Source of the DNA: Selaginella moellendorffii
Lineage: Eukaryota > Plantae > Lycopodiophyta
DNA length: 64,000 nt
Direction: 5' to 3'
NCBI RefSeq assembly: GCF_000143415.4
Contig: NW_003314350.1
Location: 558,001 to 622,000, forward strand
In this document: positions 1-11,492 of the stretch, one piece after another
Position numbering within the stretch: the first letter of the stretch is position 1
Layout of the letters: every line of letters starts with the position of its first letter
Notes under the pieces: generated by a model
Told to the model about the DNA's origin: nothing
Databases searched by the model: none
Seen by the model: only the letters and a program-made list of their open reading frames with translations
Position numbers and translations under genes: made by a program

Positions 1-1191
1 ACCGAATTTTTCCGCTTTGACAGTACACCGACTGGACAAGTGGACGGAGGATCGTAGGCCGGAACTGCAACCTCAGCAGTCTAGATTTGACTCCAAGTAG
101 CACTGCGATTCACCAGCGTCAAAGACGAGTGAAAAACACCAGAGAGCATTCATGTTACGTCTGGAAGCTGAAAGTAAACAAGCGGCCAAAAAGCCTGTAG
201 AGCGAACGGAAAGTGGTGAGTGGTGAAGGATAAAAAAAACGCTTTCAAGCGCGAAAGGTGTAGAGATACCTCTCTTGCTTTGTACGCCAGATCCAGCAGC
301 GCGTATACGTTGTGCTGATATAACTTTGTGCTTATACGCATAAAAAACGACCTGCGACTCAGCTTTCAGTCTCGCTTATAATACGAGTTGAATTTGCGAA
401 AGAAGAGTTACTCGGGAAAAGCAAATCGCCACCACTAGCTCTCATGACGAGCTCAAGCCTGGCCGTAAGGATTCAAGCCAGACTTTCACCTCTCTCGATA
501 AAATACGTAGCTGCGAAAAGGCTTACACATATCACAACTCCTTTGAGGACCGAATCCTGTGGAAAAACCACGTGAAACTGGCGCAGCACTAAGTTGGTAG
601 CAAATTGAGCACGACTCGAGCAAGCACGAGATGGAGATATCGAGCGCATACCAATTAATTCCACGCCTACGTCAGGGAGCTGGTCATTTGTCTCTAGTTT
701 TCTCGCCTTTAGATCGCTTGCGTGTTTTCATTGGCCACTCCCAGCGTAGGACCTCCAGGGCCCCCTGCCCAGCTATAAGCTTCTAGAAAAAGTCCTCGAG
801 CGGGAAGAACAAAAGAAAGAGAAGATCATATGACGTTGCTAGGAAATAGGAAAATCAAAAGAACTCATACCTTCCCAATATCCAGGATGTTTAAAATCCA
901 CGGCCGTGCCAAGGAGCCGCGACCATTTCTTCGCGAGCTCCGGGTCAGCATTCATAAAGAATTTCCAATCCTAGATTTCTACTTCGATCGCGAGCTTGAC
1001 CCATTGGTGGCGCTTCGTCTGCGGAGGATCAAACCGGCCATTTCTTCCAGATTATCAGGAATGCGCACCTGTCGCCATAAACCCTAGCTTGAGCTAGAAG
1101 AAAGAGTGTTACAGGAATCGAGCCTGTGACACCCGGTTTTAACTTTAACACGTATTTCCATTGATTTGCCTCGATTACATGTCACTCAATC

Positions 1192-3001
1192 TCAGAGATT
1201 TTTCCCTGTGGCCTTCGCTAGGCGAGCACTCGACTCGGCGATCTTGCCAAGAAGAGTGCTAACTTGGAGTTCGTAGTTAACTGTCAAGTTTTTCTGTAGA
1301 GAAACCAAGGATTCAAGCAACTTAAATTTGAAGTTCCAACATACCAGTTCCAGCAGTAGGCCGAGATGTTTTGCCTGGAGCTGCTCGAGAGTTTCTTCGT
1401 GAGAGTAGCTCTTATAAGTCAGTGTGGCGCCTCCATTAGACGACTGGAACATCAAACGTGAAGGATATAGAAAAGAACTAAACAAGAAGGGCGTTTGACG
1501 CGAACCTCGTTTTGGCTGGCTTGGATGCCTTCCTTATCATCCAGGGGAGCCTACAGAGGAGCGTTTTGAACGGGAAAAACACATACAAAGTGAAGTTACC
1601 TCAGTTTGTGCAAGTCCTTGCTTTCCACCGTCGCCTTTAGATGGCTTGCTAGCAGGAGAAGTTTTTTTCAATCCGCTAATTGGTTGTTCGTTCCTGGGAT
1701 TCGGACTACTGCTTGAAAGCTGGAGCTGAAAACACAAAAAGAACAAAAGCAAGGCTTAGTTTTAAGGAATTATACTTCTACCAGTGAGTTCTGTGTAACT
1801 TGGCTGTCAGTGCATGATTTCTTCGCAGACCATTCATGGTTCTCATCGTCATCACTATCTGGTACAACCAGAGTTGCAACAGCGAGCTTTTCCTGAGAAA
1901 CACGTTAACAACGGTAGTACAGTCGCTTGCTTACCTCTTCGTGTCCTCGTTTTTTCCCGCTACAGGATGAAATGACGTTCGCTCCCGTTATCTTGACGTT
2001 TACTTCTGTACAGTTCTGTGTTCTCACCTCGACAGCAACACCTAGATCATTATTCAGGTTGTTCGCCTCGACAGCAGCACGAACTGTGGGTTCAATTTGA
2101 CATGTCCCATTGTTGTGCTTGCCTTTCTCATTGTGATTTCTGCATAGCCCGTGAAGAGTTAACATTGAGAACTAAGTGATACGTTAACACACCTGAGAAA
2201 ATCCTGAAGGTAGTCAACCAAAGGATAAATATGAAGGTAGTCTACAGCTTGAGATGCACGTACTTCCCATCCATATGATGATATAAAATCGCCCTTCGCC
2301 CTGTATGTAACACCGCAAGAAGCTTTGAGACAAATAAAAGAATTAAACTTGTCGCACAATACTTTAGGAAGAGACTCTCCAGCGGCATCCATTCGAAATC
2401 TTCGATCCCGCTGCCCAACTTAGGCTGGACATGGTCCTCGCAGACCATGATATACAGACGAGTGTTGTCCCCTTTCTGACTCATGGCACGGAAATGGTGG
2501 AAACGTTGCTCAAGTTGTACACAACCTGGCTCAATCTCTGAAGGAAAGAAGGAAAAGAATAAGAGAAGAATGAAGAGACCAAGTTACTCACCCACATTTT
2601 CCCGAACTGCCGAATACGCACAGTCGAGAGGATCACCATTGTCCGCTACTTCCTTTTCCACAAAGGACCACAGACCAGCAGTGATCAAGCTCTTCACAAG
2701 CAAGCAACTCTTCCTGTCCTTGCTTAGAAGGAGAACCGCAACTCTGGTAATGGTATCACCGGTTGCGGCACCTTCAGCGGCAGAGAAAGCTGCCTGGACT
2801 CTCGCTTCTGCTAGGTCCGTTTCTCGTCCAGGCTTCACGTAATGAGCCAGTCCAAGACGAAAAAACACTGTCTTGCGGCAAAACTCCAGAGGATCGTAGT
2901 ACTCGAGCTCTACAACAGACACACGTCTTTAACAAACGCTACCAAAAAAGAAAGAAAAAGAACCTGGGAATGACTTGTGTAAGTAGAAGTAGTAGAGCCA
3001 T
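1192..3001 (-). CDS. Multi-exon gene with a degenerate Nudix (DCP2-like) domain and a low-complexity C-terminal half; possibly a pseudogene
   Basis: Exons join in frame via GT-AG introns: MALLLLLTQVIPR|RVSVVELE...VAVLLLSKDRKSCLLVKSLITAGLWSFVEKEVADNGDPLDCAYSAVRENV|EIEPG...NTRLYIMVCEDHVQPKLGSGIEDFEWMPLESL. This parallels the DCP2 Nudix pattern (CLLVK..WSF..K...ED..CA.REV.EETG...RLYI...I.W..L). A 25-nt exon near 1935-1959 appears to break frame by 1 nt. Confidence 0.5.
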
Positions 3002-3017
3002 GCCACGGCTTCTAACT

Positions 3018-3040
3018 GAGAGAGAGAGAGAGAGAGAGAG
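3018..3040. repeat. (GA)n/(CT)n microsatellite just upstream of the minus-strand Nudix-like gene
   Basis: gagagagagagagagagagagag directly visible. Confidence 0.9.
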
Positions 3041-3404
3041 TTAGAAACCACTCTATTGGATGATCATCACGAAAGAACTCTCGTTTCAACCACAAAACAA
3101 TCAAGCAAGCCATTCTACATTCATGATCATCCCCAAGAAAAGAATCGAGCGCGAGGAACACGAAAGATCTCTCGTTTCAACCACAATTGGAATGAAAACG
3201 CTCGAAATATTTCAAGAAACTACTCGCAAACCTGTTTGGCGACGAGCTGCGCTCCATAATCCGGGTACTGCTTCTTGCTCAGATCGTGGAGCTGGTTATC
3301 GACGAGCCGAAAGAGCAGCGCGTCGAGAGCGTCCCCGGCGTCCACATCCTCCATTTATCCCAAAAACCCTAGTTCTCATTGCCAATGGAAGCGCGCTAAA
3401 AACA

Positions 3405-3963
3405 CTAGCTACACAGCTTGAGCTTCTTGAAATGGGAAGAAACGCGCGACTTCCAACACGGCTTTGTGGCCAGGCACGTAGGAAGGTTCTCTGGCTGCTC
3501 GATCCACAGCTTGTGATCGATCGATGCCTCTGCCAGCTTCTTGGAGAGATTGAGGAGCTGGATCTCGCCTTTCACCTCCAGGGTCACCTGGAAATTCTCA
3601 GCTCGATCAATCAACAATGCCATGGAATTGGAAGTTGGGATCTTCCCCTACCTTGTGCATTGTGTCGATCTTCTCGGGCGAGCAGTACTCGATCGTGTCT
3701 GGATCTTCGCGATGCATCCACACGGCGGCCACCGCGGCATGGCAGCCCTGTGACATCACGCTCCCCAGTGGCCATTTCATCGTCTCCACGAGATCCTTGC
3801 GAATGACCACGTATTGGATGAGGACGTCCTCCTTCGCGGCCTCCGCGGTGGGAATTTCTTGCGCCATGGGCTTGCAGCTCGCGAATCGGCTCCTGGGCGC
3901 TGCTGGGAATCGCGGGATTGACGCCAATGGAGCCGCGATCCTAGACCCTATAATCACCACCAT
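3405..3963 (-). CDS. PTRHD1: Peptidyl-tRNA hydrolase PTH2-family protein (PTRHD1-like), 2 exons
   Basis: QYVVIRKDL..WPLGSVMSQGCHAAVAA...MHK|VTLEVKGE...HKLWIEQPENLPTCLATKP...LKL; intron 3651-3588; N-terminus resembles an organellar transit peptide. Confidence 0.9.
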
Positions 3964-4010
3964 GGAAGAAAACAGGGCCTCTGTTTTAGGGCTCTTGGGG
4001 GGCTCTGTTT

Positions 4011-4760
4011 TTAGGGTTCTTCGCTCTCGCGCTGGAAGAACAGGATGATTTGGAGGAAGTACTGCGCAAATCCTCCAATACTGGCGAATCGAAGCTCCGT
4101 CCCTTCGACCCCCTCGAATTCTCTTCTCTTGGCAGCTCCAAATCCGCCGTCCAGCCACGCCAGGTTAGTGAATCCATCGTCGTGGAGCTTCTCGATCGCG
4201 AGCAAGGACCTGCGAGATAGAGCTCAATTCAATCAAACAGTTGATATCGATCGATCGATCTGACCGTAGTCCTTCGCCGCAAGCGATCAGGAGCTTGGAA
4301 TCTTTACTCCGCGCGGCAGCATCGAGCGCCTGATCGAGAAACTGGGTGTTGACAGCCGTGAGCTTGTGCCCCATCCACATTCCAATGTAGCCAAAGTGGA
4401 TCCACTTCTTGAGCAGCGTTATGGGGCTGAGATCGTCGTCCTCCACGAACAGCGGGACGTGGATCGATTCGGCCACGAAAGACTTCTGGCGCTCCCAGAT
4501 CGGTCTCACATCCAGGAGCTTGAATCCACGCTCAGAGATTAGGGTTTTGGCTTCCTTGGGCGATACCGCGATCACTGCGCCGGATTGGACGAGCTCCTTG
4601 GCGTCCTAGATTCCAAGATCGATCGATAGCGGCAAGGAATGGAATGGATCAATACCCGCATTGAAGCCGATGGCACTGGGTGGAATTTCTTGCCAGGATT
4701 TCGCTTGAGGCGCTGGAAATCCATCGCGGGAGAATGAAGAGAGGTGGAAGCCATAGCCAT
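4011..4760 (-). CDS. STR10: Rhodanese-like domain protein (STR10-like), 3 exons
   Basis: LLDVRPIWER...HVPLFVEDDDLSPITLLKKWIHFGYIGMW...LLIACGEGLR|SLLA...LAWLDGGF...ELRFASIGG. Confidence 0.88.
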
Positions 4761-4985
4761 ATCTTTTAAAATTATAGGGCAAGGGCTCTTATTGGGTAGG
4801 GCTGGGTAGAAATAATTTGGCGCTTGGATCGATCGATCGATCGATCTGGAGTGGCGCATTGCGCGTCGGATCTGGAGATCCAGGACGTGCCGATCGTCGC
4901 GAGCAGCAGCGTCCGGCACCGAGGTACAAATCTTGAGGAGGCTTGTGGCGGCTCCTCGGGCAGCGACGAGGAATTTGAGGAACAG

Positions 4986-6853
4986 ATGAGGCGGATGCGG
5001 CATGAGAGCTCCCAGGAGAAATTTGCGAAGTACAGGGGGGTCTTGTTACTGGTATCGATCCCGCTGGGATTGATCTTGGCCGTGATGCTGCTCATGCCAC
5101 GGTCGACGCTGGAGAATGGCGCAGTGTCCATCACGGATCCTTTTGATCGCGAGGCATTTGGGAGCCAGTCGAGCTTCGCTGTGATCTTTGACGCGGGGAG
5201 CTCTGGAAGTAGAGTCCATGTCTTTCGATTTAGTTCCGATCTAGAGCTACTCGCCATGGACAATGGTCTTGAACTTTTTAGGCAGGTAAGGAACTGGTTT
5301 TGTCCTTTTGAATTTGGTGAGCTAACTTTTAGTTCTTTCTTTCTTCCTTGCAGTTAAAGCCTGGATTGAGCTACTATGCCTCTGATCCACGAGCAGCAGC
5401 CAACTCCTTAAAGCCACTACTGGATGCTGCTTTGAAGGTGGTGCCAGAGAATTTGCAAGGAAAAACTCCAGTTCGTCTCGGGGTATGGAAATATTTTTTG
5501 CTGCTATTGTTTTCACATGATGTTGTTTTTTGTAAAGGCTACAGCGGGATTGAGAACTCTACCTGGTGGAAAAGCCAATGAGATTTTAGAAGAGGTATGT
5601 CTTTGGACGAGCTTTTAGTCTGAGCAGTAAAACAACTTTCTCGCAGGTTAGAGATCTTTTAACAAATAGCAGCTTTAAGTTCGATCCATCCTGGGTTAGC
5701 ATTCTTGATGGGGCCGACGAAGGATCATTTCAATGGGTAGTTCTTTTGGTGTTTTCTATGTGTCTTTCTAAAAGCTCATATGTAACTGCAGGTTACAGTA
5801 AACTATTTACTAGGCCGCCTTGGAAAAGACCTTTCCGAAACTGTTGGAATTGTAGATCTTGGGGGAGGCTCGGTGCAAATGGCTTACGCAATTACTGAAG
5901 AGGACGCCGCAAAAGCTCCAAAGGCGGCAGCTGGCGAAGACGCTTACGTCAAGACTCTGACGCTTCTCGGAAAAACATACTATTTGTATGTTCACAGGTA
6001 TGTTCATCATTGGTCGCTTCCAAAGACCTCTCGTCACTGACATTATGTGGTGTGATGCGATGCAGCTACTTGCACTATGGCTTGCTAGCAGCTCGGGCAG
6101 AGGTGCTCCGACTTGTAAAGACCAATGATGAAAATCCTTGTGTTACCTCTGGCTTCAAAGGTAAGCATTGGCCGATCAGCTTATCAGGCTTGAATGATAG
6201 TTCTGTTCCAGGCCAATACGTATATGGATCAGAGACTTTTGATGCCGTGGGGGGTGCTGATTTTGATCGATGTAGCGATCTCATTGTCAGCGCTCTCGAG
6301 ATAAATCACACATGTAACTATCTCAAATGCACTTTCAAGGGAATCTGGAGCGGTGGCGGCGGTGCGGGTCAAAAAAAACTCTTTGTGGCCTCATTCTTTT
6401 TCGATCGAGCATCTGAGGTATGTATATACGCATGTGTTTTTGCAACACTCAGGCTTGTTTCAATGTTTCAGATTGGAATCATCAAAGATCCACAGGTTTC
6501 AGAGGCAGTTGTTGAGCCCTCTCAGTTCAGAGACGCCGCCACATCGATTTGTTCGACGAGTTACGAGGACATGCCAAAGAAGTTCCCAGGCGTTCCAGAG
6601 CTTGCGCTGCCGTACATATGCATGGATGTCCTATACCAATATGATCTTCTCGTCAAAGGCTTCGGTAAGCTTCGTGTATCTTCGTTTCATCCTTTGACGA
6701 TGTTGTTCCTCAGGTATTCCGGCCAACGAGAAGATCACGCTCGTGAAGCGTGTCCAATACAAAGGCTACGAAGTGGAAGCAGCCTGGCCTCTTGGTAGCG
6801 CGATAGAGGTTGTATCAGGACACAGCTCCTCGACTCATTCTTTGCAACTCTAG
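4986..6853 (+). CDS. APY: Apyrase (GDA1/CD39 NTPDase, APY1/APY2-like), multi-exon
   Basis: N-terminal TM anchor; ACR1 [44 protein letters not shown], and C-terminal [11 protein letters not shown]. Confidence 0.95.
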
Positions 6854-6965
6854 GCTAATTATTTGATGGAGATTCGTGAATTCTAGGATATGAAGCGGCA
6901 TTTTAGCCGACGACATGAAGAAAGTCGATTTGAATTGTAATCACCAGACCATCGTTACAGGTACA

Positions 6966-7509
6966 CTACTTGTTTGAAGCAACCTTATCTGGAAAGACGC
7001 CTTCCTGGTACTCAGGCTCACAGAAATCTCCGCCAAGTTCATCGCAGGCCTCTCCAGGGAACACACTGCCAAGCACCAATTGTAAGTTAGATCTCTTCCC
7101 TTCCGTTCTCGTTGTTGGAGTTATTACGTTTTTTTTTCTTTGTAGTCGACGTAATCGCGATCAGGCTGCTTCACGGCTTTCACTTTCTTCGGTGGCGATG
7201 GCTTGGGCTTCACCTCCTTTCCAAAGCCTTCGACCGAAGTCCCGACCTCTTCGCCAGCTTCGGCCGGGAAAACGCTGTAAGAAAGAGCTCAATTCTCTCC
7301 AGGTAGTACTGTAGGAAGAGATTTCTTCGAAGAACTTACGATTGCTCGCCCTCGTAGGAGACATAATCTTCGTCGTCTGGCTTCGCTGCTAGAGTCGCCA
7401 CTCGATTGATCCTCCTGGAGCAAATCCCCGCGAAGCTCCTCCGAGATTTTAATCCTGGTAGATTTCTTTGGTGGAGCTGGTACGGGATTGGAACTCCGGC
7501 AGCTTGCAT
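6966..7509 (-). CDS. LIR1: Light-regulated chloroplast protein LIR1, 3 exons
   Basis: Spliced product MQAAGVP...DYVSYEGEQS|VFPAEAGEEVG...DRDYVDYKEKKT|VFPGEACDELGGDFCEPEYQEGVFPDK; both introns are phase 2 and join in frame. Confidence 0.85.
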
Positions 7510-7985
7510 CTTGGTAGTTCTTCTCTCTCTTTGATCTTCTCTCGTTCTCTTCTCCCAAAGATATTTAGATATATTCCCAGATATTCTAGTCTGACGTGGC
7601 AGGCTACTGGCTGTTTGCGTCACCAACGGCTGCGATTAAACTCCGAAGGGCAGCTATGTTTGTACAATATAGATTTGACCAATTGTACAGTTATAATGCC
7701 ATTTCTTCCAAAGCAAACAGCAGGAGAGTTAAAAAGGACATCGCCATTTAACAGCTATGAAGAGACCTCAAATGTGTCTTATATTGGTTTCAGCCTTTTT
7801 TCACACCCTTATTAAAGTTAAGGGTGAAATTTAACGTTCACACAAACCTTAAAGCTAAGTATCAATACTTACCATTTAATTTTTTAATTTTTTTTAAGGA
7901 GAAAGCTGCTTGATTGCTAGAGCTATCTAGTGTTGCCGTGCCAGGTCTAGTGCTACCGCGCTAATAAACTCTCTGTTATGTTCAA

Positions 7986-8330
7986 TCACGGTCGGTTTTT
8001 TGTCCAAGAAACTTCGACTTTGTCGTCCAAGAAACTTTGTGTTCGACTTTGTCCAAGAACACGTCCTCGGCATTCTCTACACTTGAGGTACATGTCGACG
8101 AGGCGCTCACGCAGGTAAAAGGTTTCCTGAAAGCCAAACTCTACGACGTGACTGTGAATCTTTTGTGCATGTAGCAGGCTTCCCAGAGAACCACACTCGC
8201 GCATGAGACGCGCCAGAGTGAAGACGTCGGAGGAGCATAGCTTCGAATCGAGGTGCTCTCTCAAGTTTCTTTGCTTGCACAGTCTATAGCGAGTCCTCTG
8301 ACCAGCCTTCTCATACCGCTGCTAGAGTTC
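7986..8330 (-). pseudogene. PLS-type PPR gene fragment
   Basis: TLARLMRECGSLGSLLHAQKIHSHVVEFGFQETFYLRERLVDMYLKC is a typical PPR N-terminal L/S motif; the frame ends immediately after it. Confidence 0.6.
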
Positions 8331-8584
8331 TTCCTGCGAGCACCATCACGTTGAAGCCTCTGGCAACAGGGGCGGAGCAAAGGTGAAAATTCGTGTTCCA
8401 AGTGGCAAACATCAAGGGCTCGACACACTGGACAAAGCCGTACGGCTTTGGCTCCGAGTTTGTGACTTGTGAAAGCCACTTGCTTCGTTGTTCCCTGGTT
8501 ACATCCACGTTGACGCTTAGCACCGCATTGCTACGGTGGCCTTGTGGACTCTCGTGAAAGAAAGAAGCGATTAAGATTAAGAGT

Positions 8585-9645
8585 TTACGAAACCTCCTTG
8601 GCCCCCTTTACGCGTTGCTCAACTTGGTAAAACAGGCTGCCGTCGTAGATTGCTCGGATATCCTCCTTTGAAGCGAAGCCGTCCTGGTCTCTCATTATTT
8701 CGTAAGCAGGTCGCCATTCGAGCTGGGCTGCGGCCCTGCAGACGCGAGGGACAATTCGATTACAAATCCAAATGCTTTCAAACAGAAATTACCATCCAAA
8801 AAAGTCGTTAACATCGCGGTTTCTTCGTGTCATGGTTAGGATCTCGTCGAATGTCATTTTGTCCGGATGTGTACGCGCAAACTTCGCGAAAGTCTTCTCA
8901 AAGTTGGCTTCGTCAAAGCTGGAAGTTACAGAACACTCTTCACGTCAGGAAAATATAAAGCACACTGAACTTACTTCCCGTCATGATCATAAATTCCCGT
9001 GTCACTTCCATGTATGCCCTTGTGTATGTTCTTGATGTGAACTGGGAAGAGTAGGTCGGGGATCCAGCTCTGGCAGCAACAGCAAGCTGATGAGATGTTT
9101 CATCGAATAATATGAAAGGGAGACCTCCAACGTCGGATAGCTCAAGGCAACATTAAGTGCAAGTGTGCTGAAAACAGAGAAGGGAATATCGAAACCCAAC
9201 GCTCTGAATCCTAAACAAGACCACAAAATAGAGGAACTGAGACGAAGAAATCTCTAACAACTTAACAGCATACCATTGTACGTTTCCCAGGGGTACACTT
9301 TGCCATCCCCATCCCTATCGAAAAATTCAACATGCAGCTCCAAGGGAGTCTTCCCTTCTGTTGTTAGAAATCAGAATGAGCTCGGAATACAATTCAAAAC
9401 AACAACTTACTTTGATTCATCGCAGTATCTCCATCACTCTTCAACTTACTTTGATTCGTCACAGTAGCTCCATCATACTCCAACTTACTTTGATTCATCG
9501 CAGTAGCTCCATCACTCTCCAACTTACTTTGCTTCATCGTGGCTCTGATGGAGCTGCTGCGGCGTCTGGACTTCAAACCCGAGGCTCTGGTTCCGGAGGC
9601 CGGGCCATTGGAACAGCACGGAGAATAGAACAGACTTGAAGCCAT
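8585..9645 (-). CDS. Caleosin/peroxygenase, 6 exons, with a putative plastid transit peptide
   Basis: [25 protein letters not shown] (EF hand), GFRALGF...LSYPTLE|SWIPDLLFP (proline knot), [27 protein letters not shown]...FFGW, EW...[21 protein letters not shown]. Confidence 0.9.
9404..9541 (-). repeat. 39-nt tandem repeat (about 3.5 copies) at the caleosin exon1/intron1 boundary
   Basis: Unit gtaagttggagagtgatggagctactgcgatgaatcaaa (minus strand); GTAAGT starts at 9527, 9488, 9449 and 9410. Confidence 0.92.
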
Positions 9646-11208
9646 TGAAAATGCGGGAGCTCCAAGCTTCAACACTTTGTTGCCTCATGAAGAAGGTGCT
9701 AGACGGAATCAGGCCCACGCCAGATGTCGCACAAGCCGGTAAAGCGTACGTGCTGCGCCTGGAATAGCGCCTGTAGGCCACATAGCCTCATCGTAAACCT
9801 TACGATCCAGGATTCGAATCCAGGATTCCCTATATGCCACGTGATATAAACTGTGATGTGGCTCCCAAACAATGGTTGAAACTGATGCATTGCTCGTCGA
9901 AAAAGCTAGAAGTTAATTGTTTTCAAAGCTCGGAAGCAGCTAAATTTCCTTGTCCGGTCAAATATATGGTCAACAGGGTGATTAGAATACTTCATCTTCT
10001 CCGAAGAAACAAACACCACAAGCCTACACATCATGGAAAGAGTTGTCCGCTTGTAAAGGGTACAAAGAATTCCACTTCTTACATCCAAGCCAATCTTAAA
10101 TTTTACAACAAATTAAGAAGAGCCTAATGAACTTGCATTAATAATAAATTGGCTCTATTTCCCTTTGATATTTTCTTAACTTTCTATTGCCACCTTCATG
10201 GATAGCTGTCTTTCAAACTAAACCAAAACTTATCCGTCAAGCTTATCCACAATCTTATTCTACTCATGAATAATTTGTTGCGCTTAGCATCAACCCTTAG
10301 TTTGAATTTATTATGTAATTACAATAATTTTATCATTTATTAGTTATCATTTGTCATCTCATTAGAAGAACAGAGTTATAGAGGTTTGAAATTAATACTA
10401 CCAGCCCATTAGGATCAATGTGTATACTCTTCGTCTAACCAGATCTTGATAAAACTTTCAAGCACTGAGCATTTCTAAATCAGTATATGCAGAAAGAATG
10501 GCATATTTCATATTAGTTCTTATGCTTTGAACATAGAGCCAAGCGGTGAGAGTAAAGCGGGGAGTGGCCAGCACCAAAATATTTTCTCGGCTTTGCGATG
10601 GCTTGTTGAAGGTGACGCTTCCCAAATACGTGCCCAGTCGTTGGGTGTCTGCACTAGACCTGTGGCGTCAGCGCTACTATCATTACGGGTGGAGGAAGCC
10701 ACGGTATTGCTTCAGGTAAAGCTGTAGAAAGTAATACGAAATTTTCGATTGTATGCCAATGGCGAGTTAGCAAACTACGACGAAGCTGATGATATAGCAG
10801 AAGAGACGATGAGCAGCAGACCCAGGCCGCGTTCCAGTTGTGAGTAAATTCCAAAAGTATGATCACTTGCCGAGAAGGATCCACAAAATGATGAGAGGCC
10901 TTTAGAGGGATGAAAAGAAAGAGACCAACCAAAGAGAGACATTCCATGGAGGAACTAACCATAAGCATCAACGAGACCATTTGGCAAGAAGAACATAAAG
11001 TATGGGGTTCACAATCCAGCCACCGTGATGCCACGAATCGCGTTGATCGCTTTAGAATTCTCGACAAAACAATCACTCTCCAGAACCGGGTGTGGACAGC
11101 GTCAAGAGGCCGCAGTATACAATTCGGCCACGCAAGCCTCGCAGAGGGCAGCAAGATATAACTTTTTTAAATTTCTACTTCTGCCGCCAAAAGCTCTTAG
11201 AACGAGCT

Positions 11209-11492
11209 TAAAAATTCAGGATGATAGGAAGAAGTAGAATGAACCAATCNNNNNNNNNNNNNNNNNNNNNNNNNNNNNNNNNNNNNNNNNNNNNNNNNNN
11301 NNNNNNNNNNNNNNNNNNNNNNNNNNNNNNNNNNNNNNNNNNNNNNNNNNNNNNNNNNNNNNNNNNNNNNNNNNNNNNNNNNNNNNNNNNNNNNNNNNNN
11401 NNNNNNNNNNNNNNNNNNNNNNNNNNNNNNNNNNNNNNNNNNNNNNNNNNNNNNNNNNNNATTCTATTTCTTCCTATCATCCTGAATTTTTA
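11209..11492. mobile_element. Probable MITE/foldback element: about 32-bp inverted repeats flanking an assembly gap
   Basis: Left taaaaattcaggatgataggaagaagtagaat; right attctatttcttcctatcatcctgaattttta is its reverse complement with 1 mismatch; TA at both outer ends. Confidence 0.55.
11250..11460. other. Assembly gap (211 N)
   Basis: Run of n. Confidence 1.

Noticed and set aside
760-1112. Possible LTR (ends in tgttaca)
   Set aside because: No second copy, PBS, PPT or retroelement ORF; it looks more like degraded exons.
3060-3806. 248-aa plus-strand ORF
   Set aside because: Mostly antisense to PTRHD1, includes a small local duplication, and has no protein motif.
9404-9541. CRISPR-like array
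   Set aside because: Head-to-tail repeats with no unique spacers, in a eukaryotic context with no cas genes.
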